From IMG/VR virus record IMGVR_UViG_3300020159_000786, positions 6,984-70,983 of that record: 64,000 nucleotides of DNA, one strand, 5' to 3'. The position numbers and the translations under genes are program-made. This DNA is from a virus. This document shows positions 48,722 through 57,205 of the stretch, piece by piece; position 1 is the first letter of the stretch; each line of letters begins with the position of its first letter. The notes beneath the pieces are model-generated. The model was given only the letters and a program-made list of their open reading frames with translations, was not told the DNA's origin and did not search any database.

Positions 48722-51361
48722 TTAGTTAGTTAGATCTCCATATGCAACCCAAGTATTTTCTGCTCTTTTAAATATAGTTGCCGAAGACCATTGTGTTCTT
48801 AATTTTAATCCTGGAGTAGCATTTATTGTTACTCCAACTTCTCCATCAATTGTTACCTGTCCTGTACCAGTTTGAAGAATATCAAGAGAAGTTCCAATTG
48901 GAAAGGCTACTGCTGAATTAAGAGGAATAGTCAATGTAGTTGGACTAGAACTACCCATTTCTATCAAATCATCTCTTTCAGTTAATGCTGACAAAGTATA
49001 ACTTGCTGTTTTTTGAATAATTGGTGTTAATGATGGGACACCTTGTAATGATTGGGTTCCGTCAGAAAATGTGATGCTTGTTGCGTTTGCTGCACCAAGA
49101 GTAGGGGTAGTAAATGAAGGACTACTTGTTCTAGCAATAGATGATGGTATTACTGTTTCGCTTATTGTTCCAGTTGTAATATTATTTGCATTAATATCGG
49201 TTATATTATTTCCACTACCTTCAAAAGAAGATGCCACAACTGTACCTAATGTAAAAGATGCATCTGCTGTATTTATTGTTCCAGTAGGTTCAGGGTCATA
49301 CTCTTTAAAAAATTTAAACTTGTCATCACTAACATCAAAAAACATTCCAAGATGTGTATATCCAGTGCCAGTATTACCAGTATTTCTATTGCCAATAAAA
49401 GCGATGTCTAAATTAACTGGAGATGCTGTACCAGACCAAATATCATCAAGAATATGTCCGTGATCTTCTATAAAAGAAACTTTAATACCGTCACTAAGTG
49501 CGTACTCTACTCCTGGCTCAATTAAAATATCTGAACCATTGTTTGTTACAAAGTTATCTACTGACCATCTAAATGAATCTGGATTGCTTCCACTACCGTT
49601 TATTGTAATCTTAACTTTAAAAGTTTTAGTTGTTGTTCCATCATAATGACCAACAAGTGTTGCATCATCTACACCAGTTCCAGAGAAAGTAGTTCCTAAT
49701 GCTCCAATGGTATCTCCACTATTCAAATAAATAAAATTATTTGAAACAGAAAGATTAGTTAATTGTAATTCAGATTGAGAACCAATTAATGTAAAATCTC
49801 CACCAACTATTAAGTCTCCATCAATATATGCACCATCTATAACTCTTATTCTTTCAAAAGCATGATCAACAATATGAACATACACACTCCCATCAATATC
49901 ATCTGATGTTAAACAAATTCCAAGGTCTGTTGGGAAATTCGGGTATTCTGGAGCATCTGCAACTATTTGTCCAGGAGATTCAAAACCTAAATGAAAGCGT
50001 CCACCACTAGTGAGTGCAGAAGTATCTATTCCTTTTAAGTATCCACGAACAACAACATATCCAAATGAGTTTGAATTAATACTTTCACCAGTTAATCCAA
50101 TAATATTAGTTTTAGTTCCATCTGTTGCGTCTCCTATATCAATAGTTGGGCAGTGTCCATAAACTGGATCTCCAGAAATATGTACTCCATTTATATATAC
50201 TGGTGTACCTTTAGGAATTGTTGTTAATGTTGAATTTCTACACCTTACCCACTCTCTTTGTCCTAAACTCATTTCAAAATTTGTTCCACTGCCTTGACCA
50301 ATAAATGTTTTTTCGTCATCACTATAATAAAAATTACCTTCTTGCCATGTTGGGTAATTTGCACTTGCTGATGGAGTCAAATGTATGTAATCATTTACTT
50401 CAAAACTGTCTACAGTTACTGTATTGCTAAAAGTTGGGCCATTTAAGTTTGCTTTTAAATCTAAAGCACTTTGTTGTGCAGTTGATACTGGCTTATTCAA
50501 ATCTGAGGTATTATCTACATCACCTAAACCAACATCTGATTTAGTTATTCCCAAAGGAGATTGTATAGTTTTATTTGTAAGTGTTTGTGTGCCGTCAAGT
50601 GTAACTAAGTTTGCTGTATTTACTATTCCGTGTACATTTTCTGTTAAAAGATTGTGAGCATTTACCTTATCTAAAGAATCTTGTGCTGCTGTGTTTATTG
50701 CACCCAAAACTTGTGTATTTCTGGCTTCAGCCTCTGCATAAATTAATTGATAAGCATAACAAGCAGATGATGTTTGAGATTCCTCAATAGACAAAGAAAG
50801 TGATGCACTTACGTCTAATAAATCTTGTGAAACACTGCTAATTAATGCATTTGTAGCAAAAAATTCATCACTTACTAAATTTGAATAAAGTGCTATTGAA
50901 CCATCAGTGTATGATGCACTTGTTGCTATTCCATCTATAATGTTATTATTAATCTGTTCAATGTCTATTGTGTTTGCTAATGCTGTTACACTTTCGTCTG
51001 TATAAAAATTTGAACTACTTATTGCATCATACACACTAAGAGTAAGCGTTTCATTTACATTTTCAAGTTGTTGATAAACATAATTATATGAAGCAGAAAC
51101 TTGAGACATTCTTGCTATGTCAGAAGATATTTGCTCATCTGGAACAACAACTAGTCCATTTAATGTTGCAACACCATTAGCAGCACCCTTTTCTGAATAT
51201 GGGATTCCACCAGATGAAACTAGCGTATCATCTACATATTCTTTAGTGGCAGCATGATTATCTTGTGTAGGTGTACCTACTACTACGCTGCCACCAAAGG
51301 ATCCGCCATTGGTAACTAGAAGACCATTTTTGACTTTAAAGTCTTTATTATTAGTCGTCAA
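48722..51361 (-). CDS. Multidomain fibre protein
   Basis: KDFKVKNGL N-terminus, HAATKEYVD, KSDVGLGDVDNTSDLNKPVSTAQ fibre repeat, cement-like middle domain, C-terminal AFPIG...GDL domain. Confidence 0.8.
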   Translation of the reverse strand: MTTNNKDFKVKNGLLVTNGGSFGGSVVVGTPTQDNHAATKEYVDDTLVSSGGIPYSEKGAANGVATLNGLVVVPDEQISSDIARMSQVSASYNYVYQQLENVNETLTLSVYDAISSSNFYTDESVTALANTIDIEQINNNIIDGIATSASYTDGSIALYSNLVSDEFFATNALISSVSQDLLDVSASLSLSIEESQTSSACYAYQLIYAEAEARNTQVLGAINTAAQDSLDKVNAHNLLTENVHGIVNTANLVTLDGTQTLTNKTIQSPLGITKSDVGLGDVDNTSDLNKPVSTAQQSALDLKANLNGPTFSNTVTVDSFEVNDYIHLTPSASANYPTWQEGNFYYSDDEKTFIGQGSGTNFEMSLGQREWVRCRNSTLTTIPKGTPVYINGVHISGDPVYGHCPTIDIGDATDGTKTNIIGLTGESINSNSFGYVVVRGYLKGIDTSALTSGGRFHLGFESPGQIVADAPEYPNFPTDLGICLTSDDIDGSVYVHIVDHAFERIRVIDGAYIDGDLIVGGDFTLIGSQSELQLTNLSVSNNFIYLNSGDTIGALGTTFSGTGVDDATLVGHYDGTTTKTFKVKITINGSGSNPDSFRWSVDNFVTNNGSDILIEPGVEYALSDGIKVSFIEDHGHILDDIWSGTASPVNLDIAFIGNRNTGNTGTGYTHLGMFFDVSDDKFKFFKEYDPEPTGTINTADASFTLGTVVASSFEGSGNNITDINANNITTGTISETVIPSSIARTSSPSFTTPTLGAANATSITFSDGTQSLQGVPSLTPIIQKTASYTLSALTERDDLIEMGSSSPTTLTIPLNSAVAFPIGTSLDILQTGTGQVTIDGEVGVTINATPGLKLRTQWSSATIFKRAENTWVAYGDLTN

Positions 51362-51385
51362 ACTATAGCCTCCTTAAGTTATTTA

Positions 51386-53869
51386 CTAAACTAACAATGT
51401 GCCAACAACTGTTACATCTGAGTTATTGTTTAATGTTGTTACTCTTAGTCTTACATCTGTTCCAGATACGTCTGCAGAAATGCTGGATGAAGATCCATTT
51501 GTTCCTACAATTGCGTACTCTGTAATTGCTATGTTGTCTGAAGTATCAAGAGTTAACATAACTTTTGATATTTCTGTGTGCGTGCTATAAGCAACCTTTA
51601 CTAAAAATTCTGCTGAGCGAAATGATGCTTTTGCCCAATCGAATGCTGTAATTGTGCTTGCTGTTGCAACTTCTACTGTTGCTGCAACTTGTCTAGCAAC
51701 ACTATTAACATCAATTTCAGTGAAATTAGGAACTACTGCTTCAAGAGCATCTACTGCACGTTGATCTGTGAAGTAAAGGTTTGTTGTTCCTTCAGTTAGA
51801 TCATCTGTATCAGAATCTGCTACACCATTTTCTGCGGTAATAGTAAGTCCTGAACCTGAGCCTGTGATTGTAATGTTTGTTAGTGTTGCATTTGTTAACA
51901 AATCTGCTGCAGAACCTTTAGCACGAGCATCGGTAAAATATTGATTATTTGTACCTTCGTCTAAATCATCTGTAGTAGAGTCTTCTACTCCGTTTTCTGC
52001 AGTAATGATCAATTCACCAGAAACTTCAGTGATAGAGATGTTTGTTTGGGTTGAACCAGTTAATACGTCTCTAACTCTTTGTGCTGTGAAATATTGATTT
52101 GTTGTACCTTCTGCTACATCATCAGTATCTTGGTCATCTACATATTGCTGAGTTGCAATTTCATTTCCAGATGCTGCTGATCCAAGGTATGAAGTACCAT
52201 CTGCATTAAGAATAATGTCGCCATTATTAGTAGTTAGTACTATATCATCACTACCATCAATTTTTAAATTATCTGCATTTGCATAAATTGCAGAATAATT
52301 ATTTATGCCATCTTGAAAATGAAGTGAATCTGTAATTGTTTTATTGGAAAGACTTTGAGTATCTGATGTTCCAACAATATTACCAGAAACTCCGTGTGTT
52401 GAAGTTAAATCAGCATGTGTTGAAATAGCACCTGCTGGTTCGTACCAAGTATCAACAGTTGTACGATCTACTGAAACTTCTAGACCATCTACTGTAATGC
52501 CTGATCCTGCTGTTACAGAACCTGAACCAGAGAACTGTGTCCAGTTTTGTGCTGTAAAATCAGTTAGGTAAGCATTGCTTTGTACCCAAGAAGTTGCACC
52601 ATATTGGTCTCCTTCTGCAACATAAACTGCTGCACCAAGAAGTTCTGTGTATACATCTGCATCTGCTGAACGAGTTAAAACTACATCCCCATCAACGTTA
52701 GAAATAACATAGATACCATTTTGTGATCCTGTTGTCTGCCCTACAAGAAGTACTCTAAGTCCAGCATCTGCTGTAGTAAGAACATGTCCATCGTATGTTC
52801 CAGCGGCATCTAAAAGATCGCTAATGTTTGAATCAATCTTTACGTGTACTGCATTCTTCCAGTCAAGACCAGAAATTGCGTTATCTACATATGAGTGAGT
52901 TGCAATCTCGTTACCTGCTGATGATCCACCAATGTATGAATTTCCATCTGCATCAAGGATTATATCTCCACTATCTGAAATAATTTTAACATCAGCACCA
53001 GACGCTACTGTTTTAAGATCAAGATCTCCATAATTAGCCTTAATCTCAAACTCATGGTTTGGAGAAAGAATAGAAATTTGTCCTTCATCATTTACTGTTA
53101 CACCATCTGTAAAATATGTTGTATCAATAAATCTTTTATTTGAAAGATCTTGTGTATCAGTTGTTCCAACTACTGAACCAGTTACTCCGTGTACTCCAGA
53201 AGTTAAACCTTCGTGTGTTGAAAGATCTCCAGCAACATCGCTTGCTGCTCCGTTTGCATCATACCAAGTATCTACTGTTGTACGATCAATTTTAATTTGT
53301 GCAGCATCAATATGAAGACCACCAGACACATCAGCAGATATATCTCCAGTTGTATCATTAAATGAAATTCCATCTCCACCTGTAAGTGTATCTCGAACAC
53401 GTTGTTCTGTAAAGTACTTGTTTGTTGTGCCTTCTTCTAAATCATCAGTTGTAGAATCGTCCACACCGTTTTCTGCAGTGATGTGTAAGTCTCCATCAAC
53501 TTCTGTTATAGAAATATTAGTTTGTGTTGATCCAGTCAAAACATTCTTTACACGTTGTGCTGTAAAGTATTGATTTGTTGAACCTTCTGTTAAATCATCA
53601 GTATCGTGATTAGAGATATCTGATACTTGACCAAGAACGTCTCCTATAAGATCTGCTGAGATTTCTCTTGCAGCAAAATCTCCATTTGCATCACGTATTA
53701 CTACTTTTAAAGCAGTGCTTGCTGAGGTAGCAGCACCTTCAATAAGATCAATAAGATAATCTTGATCATCTTGTTTTTTTGTAAGAATGTCATAGTTGTT
53801 AATAGTACCTGTGGTACCTTCTACTACTAAACCACTCTTTACTTTGAAATTTTTTGTTACTGTTGCCAT
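51386..53869 (-). CDS. Acidic repeat-containing fibre protein
   Basis: KNFKVKSGL N-terminus; five TDD[LV]xEGxxNxYFTxxR repeats; RVLLVGQTTGSQNGIY; C-terminal RSAEFLV...TEY domain. Confidence 0.8.
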   Translation of the reverse strand: MATVTKNFKVKSGLVVEGTTGTINNYDILTKKQDDQDYLIDLIEGAATSASTALKVVIRDANGDFAAREISADLIGDVLGQVSDISNHDTDDLTEGSTNQYFTAQRVKNVLTGSTQTNISITEVDGDLHITAENGVDDSTTDDLEEGTTNKYFTEQRVRDTLTGGDGISFNDTTGDISADVSGGLHIDAAQIKIDRTTVDTWYDANGAASDVAGDLSTHEGLTSGVHGVTGSVVGTTDTQDLSNKRFIDTTYFTDGVTVNDEGQISILSPNHEFEIKANYGDLDLKTVASGADVKIISDSGDIILDADGNSYIGGSSAGNEIATHSYVDNAISGLDWKNAVHVKIDSNISDLLDAAGTYDGHVLTTADAGLRVLLVGQTTGSQNGIYVISNVDGDVVLTRSADADVYTELLGAAVYVAEGDQYGATSWVQSNAYLTDFTAQNWTQFSGSGSVTAGSGITVDGLEVSVDRTTVDTWYEPAGAISTHADLTSTHGVSGNIVGTSDTQSLSNKTITDSLHFQDGINNYSAIYANADNLKIDGSDDIVLTTNNGDIILNADGTSYLGSAASGNEIATQQYVDDQDTDDVAEGTTNQYFTAQRVRDVLTGSTQTNISITEVSGELIITAENGVEDSTTDDLDEGTNNQYFTDARAKGSAADLLTNATLTNITITGSGSGLTITAENGVADSDTDDLTEGTTNLYFTDQRAVDALEAVVPNFTEIDVNSVARQVAATVEVATASTITAFDWAKASFRSAEFLVKVAYSTHTEISKVMLTLDTSDNIAITEYAIVGTNGSSSSISADVSGTDVRLRVTTLNNNSDVTVVGTLLV

Positions 53870-53885
53870 TGCTTATCTTCTCCTT

Positions 53886-54332
53886 TTATGCCTTAAGTCC
53901 TATACGTGCGTAACGTACAGTGACTGGCTTGATTGTTGGATGTGGGGTAAAGTTTAAACTAACCACACTTCCAGATCTAGATATATCAATGGTGCCAATA
54001 TTCCCATCATTATCTATTGTTCCATATTCGGTTACATTGAGATTTATCCCATCAACCAATACGGTCAACTCTGTTGCATAGTAGTAGTTATCTCCTTGTG
54101 TTTTTTTAGAAATTGAAACAAGGTATTTAACTACTCTCCATTCTGTAGAATTAAATGTATCTATTACTGTAAAATTATCTATTTCAGAAATTGTGTTATC
54201 ATTATTTCCATAAGTTCCTAATCTGGTGGCCTGCGAAGAAGTAGTGTCAATTAAATCTTCATAGTCTTGTTGAGATGGCCTATCGCCAGTCTCATAACGT
54301 GATTTTATTGTAGGAATAGATATTTGTGCCAT
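53886..54332 (-). CDS. Virion protein; probable fibre anchor
   Basis: ETGDRPSQQDYEDLID N-terminus; C-terminal domain resembles that of 51386..53869. Confidence 0.65.
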   Translation of the reverse strand: MAQISIPTIKSRYETGDRPSQQDYEDLIDTTSSQATRLGTYGNNDNTISEIDNFTVIDTFNSTEWRVVKYLVSISKKTQGDNYYYATELTVLVDGINLNVTEYGTIDNDGNIGTIDISRSGSVVSLNFTPHPTIKPVTVRYARIGLKA

Positions 54333-54364
54333 ACTTAGATTATAACATAATTTTGATTTTTACA

Positions 54365-54589
54365 TTATAATATATAGTTGCTAAATCCAATTATTTGAAG
54401 GGGTATTGGTGGTACATTATTTGGACCATATCCTTCTATTGTTATGGTAGTAAATCTTATTCTAAAAGGTAGGGTGTAGTTTATTTCTACCGTGTTGGGT
54501 TTGTAGGATATGTTGGTTTTGTAATAATCTGACGTTTCAATACGTCTTAATTTTTGTTTATTATTATCAATAATAATTGCTGTTGCCAT
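54365..54589 (-). CDS. Small hypothetical virion-module protein
   Basis: 74-aa ORF coupled to the upstream gene. Confidence 0.6.
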   Translation of the reverse strand: MATAIIIDNNKQKLRRIETSDYYKTNISYKPNTVEINYTLPFRIRFTTITIEGYGPNNVPPIPLQIIGFSNYIL

Positions 54590-54996
54590 TAATCAGTTAC
54601 ATCTTCAAGGATAATCATGCTACCTTGTGCTACTGTCCATACTGTATCTGCATTAGATAACTCGATATCAAAGATATCTCCTGTTTGAAGATTATGTGAT
54701 TCTTCTGCTAAAAGTCTAACTGTAAATTCTCCATCTAAATCATCTGCATCTGCTGCTGGATTTAAAGCCATAACAGTGGTTGCGTTGTCTGTAATTACTC
54801 CAAGATCTGCAACATCATTTGGTCTTTTAATTTTCATAGCAATGTCCCAATCTTCTATTACTAAGGGAGATTGTTGATCATCTGTTACGTAAACCTTAAA
54901 TGCTGAGGTATCACCACGAACTACTGTCCATTTAACAGTTGGGGGTTTTGCACCTACGTTATATAAATCTTGAGAAGAGTTTCTAAGAGTGGCCAT
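54589..54996 (-). CDS. BppU-N-like beta-sandwich virion protein (paralog 1)
   Basis: WTVVRGDT...FDIEL...TVAQGSMIILEDVT. Confidence 0.6.
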   Translation of the reverse strand: MATLRNSSQDLYNVGAKPPTVKWTVVRGDTSAFKVYVTDDQQSPLVIEDWDIAMKIKRPNDVADLGVITDNATTVMALNPAADADDLDGEFTVRLLAEESHNLQTGDIFDIELSNADTVWTVAQGSMIILEDVTD

Positions 54997-55026
54997 ATCA
55001 TAATTATATCATCTTTGAAGAAATAA

Positions 55027-55545
55027 TTATGAAAGACCGTTCTTTAATGCTCCCCAAGTACCGTTACCTTTAGCGGTAACTACTAAAATTCCATTTGTTG
55101 CATCAGAATATGCACATATAGCAATTGCACCAGCACCACTAGATGGACGTGTTGCCGTTAATCCTCCACCATCTTTAACGTATAAAATATCTCCTGCTAC
55201 AAATGATGATGTATTTACTCCAGGAAGAACTCCAGATACCACGCACACCCCATCAGCGTTATTAGATGTTGTTGATCTCATTAATCCAAGTATTGGAGCA
55301 GTTGTTTCTGGTAATGCTTTTGCAACAGTAGTTTTAGTAGAAAAACCAGTTACATATACAGGATATCCAGCATTAATTGAGGTTCCGCTAATATTTTTAA
55401 CATCCAACTTCATGTAAGAAAGACCTAGACCAGCAAGGGTTGTATCTAAAGTAGAAGTTAAAGACTCTATATCTCCGTGAACATTTACATAATCATCAAC
55501 CTGTGGAAATGGTAAGTTATATGTTCCTGATAATCCTGTTGCCAT
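55027..55545 (-). CDS. Virion protein with a cement/decoration-like domain
   Basis: YNLPFP N-terminus; VKNISGTSINAGYPVYV...NTSSFVAGDILYV, shared with the middle of 48722..51361. Confidence 0.6.
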   Translation of the reverse strand: MATGLSGTYNLPFPQVDDYVNVHGDIESLTSTLDTTLAGLGLSYMKLDVKNISGTSINAGYPVYVTGFSTKTTVAKALPETTAPILGLMRSTTSNNADGVCVVSGVLPGVNTSSFVAGDILYVKDGGGLTATRPSSGAGAIAICAYSDATNGILVVTAKGNGTWGALKNGLS

Positions 55546-55607
55546 ATAAATATTATATCATTTTAAATAATTTTTTTTAATTATCTTACTAATATAACAT
55601 TTTTAAT

Positions 55608-55636
55608 TTGACATGCTGGCAAATAGATGTTATACT
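55608..55636 (+). promoter_or_regulatory. Near-consensus sigma70/SigA promoter
   Basis: TTGACA-N17-TATACT with a TGn extension. Confidence 0.85.
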
Positions 55637-55684
55637 TGATATATGACACCTACCAAGGGTGTCATGTTTTCTTAGGAGAGAACT

Positions 55685-56260
55685 ATGAAAAAAGATAAAA
55701 AATTTTTAATAGGATTGCTCGCAAGTCTTGGATTGTTTTCAGTATTCTTGAATATTTCTAATGCTCAAGGTGTTGAAACTAACCTGAAAAACGATAAATA
55801 TGCAACATTTACCGCTGAGGCGGTTTTTTTGCTTTCTAGGCCAGATCACCTAGACAAACCATCTAGAGATAACGTAAGGACCCTTGCTGAGTATCAGGAC
55901 AAAGGACAATTTACAGATATTGAATTAAAAACTTTGCTATCTGCTTGTGGATTTGAAGATAGGCGTTTAGTTGAAGCCTGGGCTATTGTTAAAAAAGAAT
56001 CAATGGGCAATGCTCTAGCCTTTAACGGTAATAAGAAAACTGGAGACAGTTCTTATGGTTTATTTCAAATCAACATGATTGGTGCTTTAAATGATGATAG
56101 AAAAGAAAAATATAATTTAGATTACACTAGTCAACTATTAAATCCATCTATTAATTGTCAGGTTGCTTATATTATGAGTGATGGTGGTAATGATTGGGGA
56201 CCTTGGAAAGGTATTACATCAAAAACTAGAGAGTTTATGTATCAGTTTCCAAAAGATTAA
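55685..56260 (+). CDS. Secreted or membrane-anchored lytic transglycosylase (SLT/lysozyme-like)
   Basis: Basic-hydrophobic signal sequence; AWAIVKKES catalytic Glu, SYGLFQIN, LLNPSIN, WGPW; AGGAG RBS. Confidence 0.85.
   Translation: MKKDKKFLIGLLASLGLFSVFLNISNAQGVETNLKNDKYATFTAEAVFLLSRPDHLDKPSRDNVRTLAEYQDKGQFTDIELKTLLSACGFEDRRLVEAWAIVKKESMGNALAFNGNKKTGDSSYGLFQINMIGALNDDRKEKYNLDYTSQLLNPSINCQVAYIMSDGGNDWGPWKGITSKTREFMYQFPKD
55811..55830 (+). terminator. Terminator-like hairpin inside the transglycosylase CDS
   Basis: ACCGC-TGAG-GCGGT followed by TTTTTT. Confidence 0.5.
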
Positions 56261-57198
56261 TCTATTGGGTAGGCATTGTATACATATAATGAATCTGCTA
56301 CTATTAATCCAAATGGCTCTCTTATAAAATCATAAACTTCTCTATCTTCTTTTACAATTTGAATAGAGTCAATATTGCAATAAGGAACAGTTGTTTCATC
56401 TATGTCTTTAACTATCTTATCTCCTGATTGTAAATCAGAAGAAACTATAAATTTTAATTTTCCATCTCTTATTGTTAATATATCTTCTTGAGTTGAAAAT
56501 CTTTTAAATTTATCACTATTAACTATTACTGTTTCTGAAACTTTTGTTATTTCAATATTTTTAACTTCAGATTCTAAAGTTTGATATTCTTTGTTTAATT
56601 CAGATGACCAATTTTTTAAACCATTGTGATCTGTTATTGGTAAATCTTCAAATATTTTAGTTATTAAAATATCACCAATCTTAATATCTTTTGCCAACAC
56701 ATAACCATTTTTTGTTAAAACTGGAGTATCTTGGTCTATACATACTGGGACTGCTGGAGAAAAACCAAATACTTTAAATGGAGAAAATCCAAATGGAGAA
56801 AAACCAAATACTTTAAAAGGTGTAAAACTAAATACTGAAAAAGGTGTAAAACTAAATACTGAAAAAGGTGTAAAACTAAATACTGAAAAAGGTGCAAAAC
56901 TAAATACTGCAAATGGAGAAAATCCAAAAACACCGAATGGAGCAAAAGAAAATGTCCTTATTGTTAAATCTACTGGTGTTTCATAATTAGCAATTGTTGC
57001 TGCTGACGGATTCTGATCAACAACTTGACCTGTATATGGTTGTTGTCCAGCATCTCCAGATAGTGATTCTGTAACATTTCCAACAATAAAACCTTCAGAA
57101 ACTACATCAGATTGTGCAGTTGCACTAGTTCTTCCTATAAAGTTGGGAAGAATTTTCATTCCTTTTGCTACGACATATTTAACTAATTTACCAAACAT
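56257..57198 (-). CDS. PASTA-domain protein with Phe-rich repeats and a C-terminal Hint domain
   Basis: LPNFIGRT...GFIVG...GQVVDQNPSA...VDLTI (PASTA), then repeats, then CIDQDTPVLTKNGYVLAKDIKIGD...LQSGD...VYDF...VYN. Confidence 0.85.
   Translation of the reverse strand: MFGKLVKYVVAKGMKILPNFIGRTSATAQSDVVSEGFIVGNVTESLSGDAGQQPYTGQVVDQNPSAATIANYETPVDLTIRTFSFAPFGVFGFSPFAVFSFAPFSVFSFTPFSVFSFTPFSVFSFTPFKVFGFSPFGFSPFKVFGFSPAVPVCIDQDTPVLTKNGYVLAKDIKIGDILITKIFEDLPITDHNGLKNWSSELNKEYQTLESEVKNIEITKVSETVIVNSDKFKRFSTQEDILTIRDGKLKFIVSSDLQSGDKIVKDIDETTVPYCNIDSIQIVKEDREVYDFIREPFGLIVADSLYVYNAYPID
56755..56952 (-). repeat. Coding 24-bp (and 15-bp) tandem repeat, 66 aa
   Basis: FSFAP/FGVFGFSP/FAVFSFAP/FSVFSFTP x3/FKVFGFSP/FGFSP/FKVFGFSP. 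Confidence 0.95.
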
Positions 57199-57205
57199 GT
57201 TGTAC

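Noticed and set aside
47917-56952. 24-bp repeats as a CRISPR array or as DGR template/variable repeats
   Set aside because: Units are contiguous, with no spacers, and in frame within genes. No reverse transcriptase is in the window, and the differences are not adenine-specific.
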